DNA of 64,000 nucleotides from Cyanophora paradoxa CCMP329 (GCA_004431415.1 QPMI01000167.1:62001-126000), one strand, 5' to 3'; shown: positions 1-13,259, counted from the first letter of the stretch. The notes: generated from the letters alone by a model not told the origin. Program-made: numbers and translations.

Positions 1-3000
1 GCCGCAGCCGCAGAACCCAAAACCGAAGCCGAAACCCAAGCCGAAGGCGAATGCAGAGGAGGAGCAGGCAGGGGAGGCGGCTCGAGCGGGAGCGCAGGAG
101 GGGAGCGGGGGGGCGGAGGAGGAGGGGGCGGGGCAGCGGGAGCGCAAGCGGCGGCGGGTGTGGACGGAGGAGCTCCACGGGCGCTTCCTCCGCGCCGTCG
201 AGCGCACGGGCCTCTTCCGTGCGCCCCCGCGCCCCCGCCCGCTCCGCCTCCGCCCCCGGGCGGGCTGGAGCGGGGCGCAGGGGCGACGCCCAAGGGGGTG
301 CTGGGGGAGCTCGCGGGCGAGGGCCTCACCCTCGAGCACGTCCGCTCCCACCTCCAGGTGCCCCCGGTCTCGCCGCGCCCGCCGCCCCCCGCCCGAGCCC
401 GGCCCCGCGCAGAAGTACCGCGCCTCGATGCGCGCCGCGAACGGCACCTGGGACGTGCCCCACCCTCTCGAGGCCCCGCCCCAGGCCCCGCCCCAGGCCC
501 CGCACCCCGCCCCCGTCGGCCCCGACCCCGCCCTCCTCGGCCCCGCCGCATCAGCCCCGCCGAGCCCCCACGCAGGTGCGCTCCGCCCCGCCCCGCGGGA
601 TGCGCCAGGGGAGATGCGAGGGGGCTAGAGGGCCGCCGAGGCGTGCCGCGAGCGCGGGGTGGCTTTCGCGGCGCTGAGGGGGGCGCGTGGGCAGGGCCCC
701 CCGCAGGCGCCCAGCCGCAGCAGCAGGCCGCCTGGCGCGCCCTGCACCCGACGCCCTCCCCGAGCACCCAGCCGCGCAGGCTGCTCGGGCGGGGTCCCTG
801 GCAGCGACGCCGGCTTCGGGGGCGCCGGCGACGCCCGCGAAGAGGCCGGCCGCCGTCGCCACCGCCTCCCACCTCCGCTTCCTCCCCACCGCCGCTGCCG
901 CCCCGCCCGTCCCCGCCGCCCCGCCGCCCCTGCCGGGTCCCCCTGCCGTCTTCACGACGCGCCCGCCGTGGCTGGCCTCGGGGGCGACCCCCGCGCAGGG
1001 TGGCCCAAGCGCGCGGGCCTCGCCGGCGACGGCCCCGGGGTCGGAGGCCTCGCGCCCCGCGAAGAAGCCGCGGCTCGAGCCGCCAGCGCAGGCCGGCCCC
1101 GCCGCCTCCGAGCAGGCCGCCGGCCCGCCCAAGCCCGGCCCCAAGCGCGGCCTCGCGAAGAGCGCCCGACCGGCCCCGGCTCCCGCGCAGGGCGCGGCGG
1201 AGGCGCAGGGCGCGCCGGGGACTCCGGCGGCCGCCGCCGCGCAGGGGAGGGCGGGGGCCGGCTCGCCTTGGACGGCGGGTGCGGGGGCGGGGCGAGCCAA
1301 GGAGGAGGTGCGGCGGGCAGCGCTGTTTGTGAGCGGGCGGGCCGGGGTGGAGCGGCACGGGGCGCGGCACGGGTGGAAGGCGCGGGTGGCCCTCGGCGGG
1401 CGCGAGTGGGACCTCGACGAGTGGGCCTTCCGCCGCCCCGACGCCGCCGCCCGCTTCCGGGACCGTGCGCAGCGCCCCCTCCCAGCCCGCCCCCTGCACC
1501 CCCTCAGCCTCCGCCCTCGCGCAGGCGTCATGCTGCTCCTCCACGGGCCCTCGCCCTCCTCCCGCCCCTCCCCGCCCCCGCCCCGCCCCCGCCCCCGCCC
1601 CGTCACTCCACGGCCCTGAGCGCCCCGCCGCCCCTTCCCCCGCCTCCTGCGGTGCTGCTCCGCCGCCCCCCGCCTCCTGCGCCCCGGGGCCCGCGCTGGC
1701 GGGCGCCTCCCCGCGCGGGCCGCCCGGCGCCCCGGGCCCCTCTCCGCCGCTGCAGGTCCAGCCTCCCGCGCCTGGTCCCCAAAGATCGCCCCGCCGCCAG
1801 AAGCGCTTCCGCAGCCGGCGCCTGCGCCAGCCGGCCCGCCCCGCCCGTCCCCGGCGACGCCGAGGCGGCCGCAGCCAGCGCCTTCTCCTGCAGCGTTGGC
1901 GGCAGCCACGGGGTCGCCTCTCCCGCCGGCGCCTCCTTCGGGGCCCCTCCCCTGCAAGCCCCTCCGCCGCGCGCCCCGGCGCCACAGCCGGCGGCGCCGG
2001 CGGGGCCTCCCCCTGGGCCCCCGGCCGGGCCCTCGGAGACCCCGTCCAGCTGCCCTGCGCCGCCGCCGCGCCGCCCCCGCACGCTCTCTCGCCCCCGCAC
2101 CGCAGGCCCCGCCGCCTCCCCCGGCCCACACTCGGCCCCAGCGGCCATGCCGGCCCCGGCTCCCCAGCCGCCGGCCCCTGTGCCGTCCGCCCCGCCCCTC
2201 CAGGCCCCTCCTCCTGCAACTGCTCCCCCCGCGCCCACCCCGCCGCCTGCGGCCACTGAGGGCCCCTTGCTCCCCCCGAGCTGCGCCCCGGCTGCCGCGC
2301 TGCCGGCCCCAGCTGGCGCGCTCGCGCCGGCAGCGCCGCCCTCGCTCCCGGTGGCGGCCCCGGGCGCCACGCCGGCCTCCGCCTCGGCGGCCGGCGCAGG
2401 GCCCCTCTTCTCTCGCCCTCCTCCCGCCTCCCCCCCTCCTGCTGCCGCGCTTCCCTCACCCGGCGCTCCTCCCCCGGCGAGGCCGGCGGCTCCCGCGCCG
2501 CCCCTCTCGCCGCCGGCTGCAGCTCCAGCGAGCACCGCGCCGCCACCGCCCCCATCCGCTCCATCGACCACCGCACCAGGCCCCGCCCGGACGCCGCGGC
2601 GTCGCCGCGGCAGGGGCCCCCGCCGAGGCGGTGAGCGCGGCGCTCGGCCCCTGGCGCCTCAACTTCCCCCTCGAGGAGTACGCCCCCGAGCCTTTCTTCG
2701 CCTGCGTACCACCGCCAGGCCCGCCCCGCCCCCCCGCTGGCCGCGCGCGCTGAGCGGGGAGCAGGGGCAGCGGTGCTGCGGGGGCCCGGGGCGGGGCGGC
2801 CGACATCGCCTCCGCCGCGCTGCTCGTCATCCGCGTGCGTGCCCGCGCCCGCCCCGCCGACCACGCGCGCCCCGGGGCGGGCGGCCTGACGCGGCGCAGC
2901 ACGTGCCGCCCTCGGAGCTCCTCCCGCGCGCCCCGCCCCGCGACCCGCCCGAGCCCGCCGCCACCATCCAGCTCTTCCCGCCCCGCGCCCTCCGCCGGCC

Positions 3001-4605
3001 CCCCGCCCTCCCCACGGGGCAGGCGGGGGCGGAGGAGGGGCGGCGTCGGAGGGGGAGGTGGCGGGCTGGAGGGGCGGCGGGCGGGGGCGTCGGGGCGGCT
3101 CGGGGAGCGGGGCGTGCGGTGCTTGCGGCCTGGCGCGCTGCCGCCGAGGAGGCGGCAGCCGCCCTCGAGGCCGCCGCCGCCGCCCTCCGTGCCCCCGCCC
3201 CGCCCCCGCCCCTCCTCTCCCCGCCGGGCCCGCCCCCTACCCCGACGCCCTAACCCGCGACCCGCCCCCGCCCCGCTCCCCGCCCCAGCCTCCCTCCCGG
3301 CCCCTCCCCCGCTCCCGCCCTCGCCCCGCCCCCGGCCCCGGCGCCGCTGCCGCCGCCCCCGCCCCTACCCTGCGCGGTGCCGGAAGCGCCACCGAAGGCT
3401 CCCGCGCCGGCCGCCCCCGCCCCGCGCCGCCCTTCTCCACCGCCCCCGCCGTCGCGCCCTCGGCTGCTGCCGCGGCGACGGCGCGCAAGCGGACGAACGG
3501 GCCGCCCCCATCGCGGCCGCAGCAGCAGCAGCAGCAGCCGCAGCAGGCGGCGGCGACGGCGGCGGCGGGGCCTGTCTTCGCGGAGGGCTCGCTGGTGCTG
3601 ACGCGGGCGAAGCGGGGCGGGGCGCGGCCGGCGATGGTGCTGCCGGCGCGCGACGCCCTGCGCGCCGACACGGCCGCCCGCCCCTCGGGCGCCGCGGGGC
3701 GCCACATCGCGACCCTCTCCTTCGAAGCGCCCCCAAAGCGTGCGCGCCAGCCCCGCCCCAGCCGCCCGCAGCCGCCCCCTCCGAGGCGGGCCGGGGCGCA
3801 GCGCCTGGGTGCCGGAGGCGCAGCTGGAGGCCTTCGACGCGGAGAAGGCGGAGGCGGCGCGGCAGCAGGCGCCGCTGGCCGCGCACGCCGCCTTCGCCCG
3901 CGCCCTCGCCTACCACACGGCCCCGCCCGCCGCCCGTGCGCCCCGCCCCGCCCCGCCCCGCGCGTGCGGCGGGGGCGGGGCGAGCGTGGGGCGTGGGGGC
4001 AGGGGGATCGCCGGGGCGGGAGCGGGCGCTGGGGCGGTTCCGGGAGGTGACGGCGGACCTGGAGGACCGGCTGGTGGACGTGGCGGGGCGCTCCGAGCAC
4101 TGCGTCGTGGACCCCTCGGACGCCTTCTGGGGCGACTGGCGCGGCCGCAAGGAGGCGGCCCGCAGCTACGAGGGCATGGCCGCCTCCGTCTCCGAGCTCC
4201 TCGACGCCCTCACCCCGCTCGTCCGCCCCGCCCCGCCCCCGGCCCCGCCCCAGGCCCCCCGCGCCCCGCCCCGAGCCGCCCCGCGCAGAGCCTCACCCCG
4301 GCTGGCGCCCGCGCCAAGGCCCGGGGCTGGCTGCGGCCCTACCTGCGCCCCGGCGGGCCGCCCCTCACGGCCGCGGCTATCGAGAAGGCGCGGCGGGGCG
4401 CTCGGTGGGGGCCGGGAGGGGGCTGAGGCGGGGCCGGCCGGCGCAGGTGCTGATGGAGGCGGACCGCGGCGAGACCGTCGACTGGGTGACCCGCCCCGCG
4501 CCCTCCAGCCCCGCCCAGCGCCGCCCCCGCCCCCGCTGGGCCCCACCGACCCGTCCCCTCCCGCAGACATTCATCCACACCCGCAAGAAGGCCCGCCCCC
4601 GCTGA
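1..4605 (+). CDS. Multi-exon DNA/chromatin-binding protein (5' partial): GARP/SHAQKYF-type Myb domain, AP2-like segment, PWWP-like domain; may be more than one gene
   Basis: Spliced RRRVWTEELHGRFLRAVERTGLF-ATPKGVL...LTLEHVRSHLQ-KYR (about 150-420). GVERH..WKARV..AAARFRDRVMLLLHG (about 1340-1550) and LNFPLEEY (about 2660). FAEGSLVLTRAK..PAMV..SAWVPEAQLEAF (about 3575-3840). Central exon structure is uncertain. Confidence 0.6.
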
Positions 4606-4890
4606 GGCCCAGCTGACGCCCGGCTGGCCGCGGCGCCCACCGCGGGGGCGACTCGGCGGGAGTCGGGTTGGGAGGGCGTTACCGGAGTCCGCTACCGTAT
4701 ACAGCCTACCGGTACCGGTAGCCGCTGAGAGCATACCGGGTAGCGCGCCCCGCTCAGCAGCTGCCGCTGCAAGTGCGCAATACACTGCGTACCCCGGCAG
4801 CGGCATCTGCACGTGTTCGGACTCCGGAGAGCCTCGAGCTCGGCGCCTCGGAGGTTGTAAATGTTCGTGAATGCGTCACGCGCTCAAATA

Positions 4891-4977
4891 ACGGAGTTGT
4901 TTTGCAGTTTTTTTCGAGTCGCTCCATTATAGCCTTCATAAACGGAGTTTTTTGCAGTTTTTTGCCTTGAGGGGGGG
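4891..4977. repeat. Pair of direct repeats ACGGAGTT(G)TTTTGCAGTTTTTT ending near a G7 run; possible solitary DNA-transposon end
   Basis: Copies at 4891 and 4942 in an AT-rich island; no partner end found. Confidence 0.35.
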
Positions 4978-5392
4978 TAGAAATCACCGAGAAGGCCCTC
5001 TCAAGGGGGCGCTATAGCTATACGTATACGCGAACGTACCATCGGCCGCGGCTACCGCCGCCGATCGAGTCGGCAGCGACGACAGATCTAGAAGGAGCGG
5101 GCGCGCGCTGCTAGGAGCCAGTTCGCTAGCGCGGCCGGCGAGTTGGAACTGTGGAACATCGACCGCGCGGCAGCATCGGCGCCGGCCCATCTTTGAGCCG
5201 CTGCCGGCCAGGTTGTGGGCGCCTGCCTGAAGAGCCGGCCTGGCGACAATCGGGGGGAAGCTTGAAGCAATCTCGGCCGTTTGCAGCTGGGTTTCGCCGG
5301 TGACCGCGTGCGTTGTGCCGTGGGCGCCCCTCCGCGGCGCGTGCTCGCCGTCGCGCTGCTGACCGAGCCGGGCGGCGGCGCAGGCATCGCAC

Positions 5393-6703
5393 ATGGCGTC
5401 CGCGGTGGAAGTGGCACTCTTTGACGGCGACGTCGGCCGTGGGGGCGGGCGGGGCTTCTCGGAGGGGTGGCCCCCGACGCCCAGCGAGTCGCCCACGCCG
5501 GAGCGCGGGAGCTGGGCCTCGCTGCCCGTCCGCCGGGGCAGCGCACACGTCTCCTCCCTCCTAGTCCCCGAGGTGCCGCCCCCGCGCGCCCCCGCGTGAC
5601 TCCGGTCGCCCTGCCCGGCTTCTGACCGGGCGGCGACAGGAGGACGGGGCGCCGCTGCTCGCGGCGGGAGTGCCGGTGCGGCGGGCGGCCTCGATCGGGG
5701 CTTTCGGGGGCCACGGGGCGGGGCCGCTGGGGTCGCCGCAGGAGGCGGGGTGGCCGGGGACGCCGCCGGCGGCGCAGGCGCGCTCGAGCCACGAGGCGCG
5801 CCGCCTCTTCTTCCCCGACTCGCCCCAGCGCCCCGCCCCCTCCCTCCGCTCCCTCCCGAGCCCCGCGCGCCCCTCCCCGGCCCTCGGCGCCTGGTACGGC
5901 TTCTGCGGGGACGGGAGCGACGAGGAGCACGAGGAGGAGCGCGGGTTCGAGGAGGGCGGGCGGCCCGGCAGCGCCCGCAGCTCCCTCCCGCCCCCACGCC
6001 TGCTCCCGCCCCTCCCATCCCCGCCCCTCCCGCTCCTCGACGCCCTTCCCTCGGCCCGCCTGAGCGCCCTCGGTTCGCCCCGCCGCCGCGCCCCGGCCCC
6101 GCCCCGCAACTCACCGAGGCCCTGTACAGGCCTGGCGACGCCGCCGCCGACGCCGCAGGGCGGGGCGCGGTCGCGGCGCGGGAGCGGGCCGGGGGGAGGC
6201 CGGGGTGCCCCTCACGGAGGCCGCCCGCCGCCTGGCGCTCCTCCAGGCGCGCCCCCGCCCCGCCCCGCCCGCCGGCGCCCCGCGCTGAGGCTCCACGCAG
6301 GCGTGCGCGGCGGTGGCGGTGAGCGCGCCGCGCGGGCGCCCGCTGCAGCGCGTCGACACGGACCCCGGCGCCCTCTCCGCCCTCGACCGCCCCGCCTCCC
6401 CCGCCCTGGGCCCCGGCCCCGCCCGCCTGCTGCTCCCGCCCCTCCTGGGGCCGCTGCCGGGGCGGGGGCCTTCGGGTCGCCGCCGCCGACGCCGGCGGGG
6501 ACGAGCGAGCGGGAGCGGCGCGGGTCGGCCCCCTCGTGCGGCGCGCCCCCGCGCCGCCCCCTCCCGCCAGGGCTGGCGCGTGGGGAGGCCGGGGCCGGCG
6601 CGGCGACGCTGCGGCGGGTGGCGACGGTGGGCGCTGCCCTCGAGCTCCTCGGGCCCTCGCCCTCGAGCGCCCCGCCCCCTCCCCGCGCCCCGGCCCCGAG
6701 TAG
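5393..6703 (+). CDS. Hypothetical low-complexity multi-exon protein
   Basis: ATG 5393 MASAVEVALFDGD...LLVPE followed by a GT donor; further exon-like blocks; no recognisable domain; 3' end uncertain. Confidence 0.3.
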
Positions 6704-8255
6704 CCCCCGCCCCGCCGCCCCACGCCCCACTCCCCTCTGCGTCCCTGCCATCGTCGATCCAGCCAGCCCAGCAGCTTTGCAACAGCAGGTTTCCGCGGGG
6801 CGGGCCCCCCGGGACCGGCCCGGGGCCCCGCCCCGTGCGGCGCCCGCCCCGGCCGGAAGCGGGGCGGGCGAGGGACTGTACACTTTAGAATTTTGTTTTC
6901 TCGGGTAGCGTAACCAAGATGGCCGCTCTTCGCGCGCGTGTACGCGCGCCGGCTGCAGGGTTCATTCGCTCAGTATTCATTTGTTGTTCATGTGTGCCGC
7001 AACTGTACCTTTTTGTTCAGCTTAAGTTTTGTCCCCCTTTATTTCCGCTTTCTTTCTTGTTTCCGCTAGTTTCGCACTGCCTGTTTTCCGATCCTCGATC
7101 AAAGATGATTGCATATTCTTGGGAGCTTTGGAACGTCGTGTGCTTACTCAGTAAAATAGATGTACTAGTACACGTGTACTCTAACTTAGTAATTCTTCGT
7201 GATTAGGTTTCTCGTGCTGCATTCGAATTCAGTGGCCTTGGGTGTACTTTTATGTTGCATTTAGTCGTACTACGTATACGGAAAGGGAAAATCTGCAATC
7301 GGTTACCTGTACGTATACTCGGCCCAGCTAAAGGCCATGGTCGTAGACGTTCAACGCGTACGACTGCTCTTCCGAGTATACTAGCTATATACTTCAACGA
7401 CTGGATGCAAATTTATTGTACATCATGGCATGTCACTAATCGATATCATGATCATGAGTAGCTAGGGGCTTGCCAAGTTGCAAAATTTAATTGCAACACT
7501 GACATGATGCCTCAGCTGCAGGGCCTACTAATAGGCTAGGTCGCCGGGCTAGCTACAGCTGCAGGGCTCATGATCAGGCCTCGGAGTTGAACGGTCACCG
7601 GGTCATGTCACCGGCCGCGGGTACCGTACTACGGTACGGTACCGGTACCGCGGGCCGCGGCCCGGTCCGGCGGTACCGTAGTACTGCAGTACCGTAGTAC
7701 TGCAGCTCAGCGGCTGGCAAATTAAATCAGTGGCGACGGTTGCCCTCCGAGGCTCAGGCCCTTGATCATGACTCAGTGATCATGAGCTTCCGAAGTTCGG
7801 ACGATTCTGAAGTTCAATTGCAAGGCCCGAGGCTTCAAGGCCTACTAGCCTAGTAGGCTTCAAGGCCTCCAGGCTGAGCCCGCGCCCGCCGGGCCGGCCC
7901 TAGGCCTCGGGCGGTCCGACCCCGGGCCCGGTGACCCTATATAAATATATATGTACCGTAGTACATCACGTCCGGATCCTTCAAGGCTTGCAATTGACTA
8001 ACTTCGGACCTCGGCCGTCGGACACTCATGATCATGATCATGATGATCAGTGTGACTAAAGCTAACGTATATTATAATTTTTCAATACTCATTTGCGGCT
8101 TCCAAATGTAATTTCATTGATTCACCAAGTCAGGAGACCCGAGCTCGATCGAGACCCCATGGCCAACTTGGCAACTCGCGCACACAAACTGGGCCGGGAA
8201 CTGCCAAGCTGTGTCCGGCAACTCGCGCGCACAGTGTGTCCGGCGGGGCGGGGCG

Positions 8256-9223
8256 TCAGGCGGCCTTGGCGGCCTTGGCGGCGCGAGCGCCCTTGGCCTT
8301 GGAGGGGTCGGCCGCCGGCGGGATGAAGTCCTTCACGTTGTCGCGCCGGATGTACGTCTCCCGCGCCTGCGGGCCCCCCCGGCGCTCAGGGCCGGCGCGG
8401 GGCGGGGCGGGGGAGAGCGCGCTCGCTCCGGCACCTTCTGGTACCAGGAGAAGAGGTCGGGGTCGGTGAGGGCGTTGTAGGCCTTGTCGATCTTCACGAA
8501 GTTCTCCTTGCAGACCGCCGCTTCCTCCTTGCACTTGTCCCTGAACACGCGCTCGGACTCACAGACCCGCGCGCGGCAGCTCAGAGGTCAGAGCTTACGG
8601 GTGCCACTTCAGCGAGAGCTCCCGGAAGGCCTGGCGGTCGGCGACTCAGAGGAGCGCGGCGGCTCAGGGAGGCGCAGCCCCGACGCGCCTTCTTGATCTC
8701 ACTCGCCGTCGCCGTCTGTGGGACGCCCAATGTGTCGAAGTGCTCGCTGTACTGCTCAGACGAGGCGACCGATCAGCACTCGCGGCGCGCAACGCGACGC
8801 GGTTTCCGCTCACCTCCTCGACAGTCGGCACGTAGTTGTCCTCGTAAAACTGCGACGAGTGCAGGTGGTTGACCGATGGCAACGTGCGGGGCGAGCACGC
8901 CGGCCGGGACGCGCGAATTCGAACCTTGAGCGTGAAAACGAGGATCAACATCAGCACGATGAACCAGAAGGCACAGCCCGGACGCCAGCCCTTCTTTGGA
9001 GGCGGCACGAGCTTCGCCCCGGGCTTCTCCGCCTTGCTCGTGGACGACGCGTCCAGCTCGCTTCCAGAGCCAACCCTGCGGTTGGCGCGAGCTCAGATCG
9101 GGCGCGTACGTCGGCGATGGCCCGCATATATACGTACGAGTCGTCGGTCCGCTCTTCATCGCTTTCGGGCGCGTCCTCGACCACTACCTCATCGTCCTTC
9201 TTTCGCTGCCGCACGGAGGACAT
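8256..9223 (-). CDS. Membrane-anchored J-domain (DnaJ) protein
   Basis: MSSVRQRKK..., TM segment CAFWFIVLMLILVFTLK, then spliced HFDTLGVPQTATASEIKK-AFRELSLKWHP-DKC..FVKIDKAYNALTD (HPD motif). Confidence 0.85.
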
Positions 9224-9293
9224 TACTAACGATGGTCAGCTGGGTTTCACAAGCAATCGGCTCGCGTACCCCCCGCAGGCTACTCTATTTGCT

Positions 9294-11751
9294 ATGTTCG
9301 TGGCGATCCTGCCGCTGCGTTCGTGCAGGGCGGTGGAGAGCTTATGCACCGCCAAGCTGCGATGTGCAGCCCGGTGGGCGGGGCCCGCGGCCACATCGAA
9401 ACCGCTCAGGCCGCGCCGTCCGGGCGCCGTCAGCTTCCAGGCGAGCGCGCTGTTCGGCGGCAACGCGCTGCGTCTGCAGCTAAGGTGGTCTCACGCGTCT
9501 CCCCACGTACACCACGCGCCTCCCGAAGTCCAGGTCCCCACCCGCGAATCGCGCCGGCCCCCCACCCGCGAATCGCGCCGGCGCAGGTGCCTCGCGCCTC
9601 GGCGTTTGAAGACACGATCTACGCACTCTCCAGCGCACCCGGACGCGCCGGCGTGTCCGTGATCCGGCTCTCCGGCCCCTTTGCGGGAGACGTGCGGGCC
9701 GCGCCGCACCGCCGGCGGCGGGCGGTGACGCGGGCGCAGGTGCTGCGCAAGCTCGCGCGGCGCGAGGAGCTTCCAGAGCCGCGGCGGGCGACGCGGGCGC
9801 GGCTGCACTGCGCAGTCAGGTGGGCGGGCCCGGGGCCGGGCGCGGCGTCGGCGCTGGGCGACGGGCCGGCGCAGCGGGGAGATGCTGGACGACGCGCTGG
9901 TGCTGTGGTTCCCCGGTGCGGGGGTGCGGGGCGGGTGGCGGGGCCGGGGGGCGAGGCGGGGCGGCGGGGCGCAGGGCCGGCCTCCTTCACGGGGAGGACG
10001 TCGTGGAGCTGCACGTGCACGGCTCCAAGTCCGTCCCGCCCCCCGCCCCCGGCCCCCTGCCGCCCCGCCCGAGGCGCCCCGGGCCGGCAGGGCGGTGATC
10101 GGGGACGTCCTGGAGGCGATCGGGCGCTGCCCGCCTCCCGCGGGGGGCCCCGAGGAGCACGGCTACGCCCGCACCCGCCTCGCCGAGCCCGGCGAGTTCA
10201 GCAGGCGGTGCCCTCCCCTGCCCCCTCCCGCGGCGGCCGCGGCGCGGCGGGGCGGACGGGGCGGGGCGCAGGGCGTTCGAGAACCGGAAGATGGACCTGA
10301 CGGAGGTGGAGGGCCTGGCGGACCTCATCAACGCGGAGACGCAGGCGCAGCGGCGGCAGGCGCTGCGGCAGATGCAGGGCTCGCTGCGGGTGCTGTACGA
10401 GGGGTGGCGGGGCGAGCTGCTGCGCTGCCTGGCGCACGTCGAGGCGGTCATCGACTTCGGGGACACCGAGGAGATCGGCGCCGACGAGGTCTACGCCCAG
10501 GGTCCCCGCCCCGCCCCGCCCCGCCCCCCGTCTCCCCCCGGAGGTGAGCGGCGGCGGGCGGCGCAGTGCTGCCGGCGGTGGAGCGGCTCGCGGCGAGCAT
10601 CGAGGCGCACCTCGCCGACAACCGCCGCGGCGAGCGGTCCGCGCCCCGCCCCGCCCGCCCCGCCGGCGCCGCTGAGGCGGGGCGGGCGGGGCGGGGCAGG
10701 GTGCGGGACGGGGTGGCGGTGGCGATCGTGGGCCCGCCGAACGCGGGGAAGTCGAGCCTGTTGAACCTGCTGGCGGAGCGGGAGGCGGCGATCGTGAGCG
10801 ACGTGCCGGGCACGACGCGCGACGTCGTCGAGGTCGCCGTCAACCTCGCCGGCTACCCCGTCCTCCTCGCCGACACGGCCGGCCTGCGCGACACCGAGGA
10901 CCCCGTCGAGCGCGAGGGCGTCCGCCGGGCGCGGGCCCGCATGCAGCACGCCGACCTCAAGCTCTGCCTCCTGCCCCTCGACGAGGCCCGCGAGGCCCTC
11001 CGCGAGGCCCGCGCCGCTGCCGCCGCCTCGGGGGCGCCGCGGCCCCACCCGCCCCACCCGGAGGCCGTCCTGGGCGGGGCCCTCGCCCTCGTCGACCCGG
11101 AGACGCTCGTGGTGGTGAACAAGGCGGACCTCGCGGAGGGCGAGCCCGAGGGGGCGGAGGCGGCCGACTGGCTCCGCGCCGAGGCCGCCGACCGCGGCGC
11201 CGCCCACTTCTGCCTCCTCTCCTGCCGCACCGAGGGTCCGCCCCGCCTCCGCACCGCGAGGCCGCCGCCGGGGGCGAGCGGGCGGGCGCAGCCGGCCTGC
11301 GGGAGCTGCTCGAGCGCGTCGCGGGGGAGGTCAAGGCCAAGCGCGCCCCGCCCCGCCCCGCCCCGCCCCGCCCCTGAGGCCGCCGGCTGAGGCCGGGCAG
11401 GCTGGAGGGGGGGGCGGGGGCGGCGGGGGAGGGCGCCGTGATCACGCGGGCGCGGCACCGCGAGCACCTCACCGACTGCCTCCAGCATCTCCAGCGCTAC
11501 AGAGGTCGCCCCTTGCCTCGCCCCCGCGCCGGCGCGGGTGCGGGGGCGAGGGGGCGGGGCAGAGAACGCGGCGCTGGACATGGTGCTGGGGGCGGAGGAC
11601 CTGCGGATGGCGGCCACCGCCCTCGGGCGCATCGTCGGGCCCGCCCCGCCGCGCGCCGGGCGAGGGGCGGCGGGCTGACTGTGCGGGCAGGCGGGTGGAC
11701 GTGGAGGAGCTGCTCGAGGTCGTCTTCCGCGACTTCTGCATTGGCAAGTAG
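9294..11751 (+). CDS. GTPBP3: tRNA modification GTPase MnmE/GTPBP3 with N-terminal organellar presequence
   Basis: [76 protein letters not shown]-terminal FCIGK*. Confidence 0.95.
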
Positions 11752-12221
11752 CGGGGAGAAGCCCCACACCCCGACTTCTGAGACCGAGAGGACCCCGCAC
11801 GCTCCCCGCCCCGCACCCGCCCGCGCCGGCGCCCCGCCCACCTCCGAAGGCTCGTGCCCCACTGGCCGCGTGCACGGCACACTCCCATTGGAGATCACAC
11901 TGCGCGGCTTTGGCACGGCTGCGCCTGGCGGGAGCTCGCCCCCCGCGGTGTGCTGGGGCGGAGCAAGGCCGGGAGAACGGGCGGCGCCGGCGGCCGCTGC
12001 CTCACACCTAGAGCCTCAGGGCCTCTGCGCTGGCGCGCGGCGACGGGGTGGAGGCGGGAAGGGGCCTGCCGGGCGGCGATGGAGGCGCCAGCGCGCTCCG
12101 CCAGAGCGCGGGAGACGAGCGCCGCTCAGCGGCTGCAGGTGCAGGAAGCAGCCTGGGCGGCCGCCACTCCGCGGAAGCAGGAAGCTGAAGTTGCGCGCTC
12201 GGACTATGATAATAGCGGGGC

Positions 12222-12683
12222 TCAGTCGGCAGGGCGGCTGAGGGCACAGAGGGACGCTCCCGCCAGAACGAATGCCATTCCCACGTACGTGCCTGGCATG
12301 CCACGCGTCAGCGCGCGCACGCGACGGCGACGGGGCGCGCCGGCACGCGTACGTCTGCTGAGAGCGCCGTCACCGAGCAAGGAGCCAAAGATGCACGTGA
12401 AGACGAGCGTGAGGCCGTTAGTCACGGGCGAGATGATCGACAAGTCGCCGGCCGAGAGCGTATAGAAGAACAGCGCCGACCCAGCCATGTTGGCACCGAA
12501 CGGCACGATGAACCTCCACGACGTCGCCAGGAACAGGATGCGCTTGGCTTGCCGCATAACAGCGCCATCATTTTTGCCCACAGTCTCGATGCCGGCGCTG
12601 CCGCGCTTGAGCAGCGGGTTCGTGAGGCCCCACAGGAGCGCCACGGCGAGCGGCGTCAAGATCGGTGACACCGCGGACGACAT
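12222..12683 (-). CDS. TMEM234: TMEM234-family small membrane protein (DMT/EamA-like)
   Basis: ALLWGLTNPLLKRGS...PFGANMAGSALFF..DLSIISPVTNGLTLVFT; one intron near 12293-12355. Confidence 0.85.
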   Translation of the reverse strand: MSSAVSPILTPLAVALLWGLTNPLLKRGSAGIETVGKNDGAVMRQAKRILFLATSWRFIVPFGANMAGSALFFYTLSAGDLSIISPVTNGLTLVFTCIFGSLLGDGALSRRTRAGAPRRRRVRALTRGMPGTYVGMAFVLAGASLCALSRPAD

Positions 12684-12818
12684 GATTAGCTGAAGTGCGC
12701 GCGCGCTCTGTTGTGTGAGGCGCCGGCGCAGCTAACCGCTCGCAGCTGCAGCCGCAAGTTGTCGTGAAGTTCTCACGATTACGATAGGTCGTCGTAAGAG
12801 CCTTCTTCAGAGCTGCAA

Positions 12819-12999
12819 TTGAACAAACACGGCCTGTGACACGCGTCTATGGGTACATGTACAGCACACACTATCGACGCTGTGAACAAAGGGCGTGAGT
12901 CCTGGGGAACGGAGCCCCTCTATCCGGTCTACGCGCTAACCGGCGCCGCACAAGACTGTGGGCGGAAGAGGTTGGTGGTCAACCAACCGGGGGGAGAGC
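12819..12999 (-). ncRNA. Candidate Fanzor omegaRNA / element right end
   Basis: Lies directly 3' of the Fanzor stop once the MITE is removed; several short hairpins; ends GTTCAA on the minus strand. Position-based inference only. Confidence 0.3.
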
Positions 13000-13001
13000 T
13001 A

Positions 13002-13259
13002 CCGTAAAACACTTAAGTAATGCGGGCACTTAAGTAATGCGGTCCCGAAATAATGCGGTTTTTGCTGGCAAAACGCATTAATTTGGGGGCGCATTAATAT
13101 CGAAGCGCTAAGCCGGCGCTAAGAAAACTGCGGTATGTACCCCCCTCACGCAGCCAAAGGCTTCAAAACGCATTAATTCGGGAGCGCATAATTAACCGAA
13201 CTGGGGGTCCGGGTCCAAAAACGCATTACTTACAGGCGCATTACTTAAGTGTTTTACGG
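13002..13259. mobile_element. 258-bp MITE, Tc1/mariner-pogo-like
   Basis: Perfect 23-bp TIRs CCGTAAAACACTTAAGTAATGCG (13002-13024 and 13237-13259), TA on both sides, repeated internal TAATGCG/CGCATTA motifs, no ORF. Confidence 0.9.
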
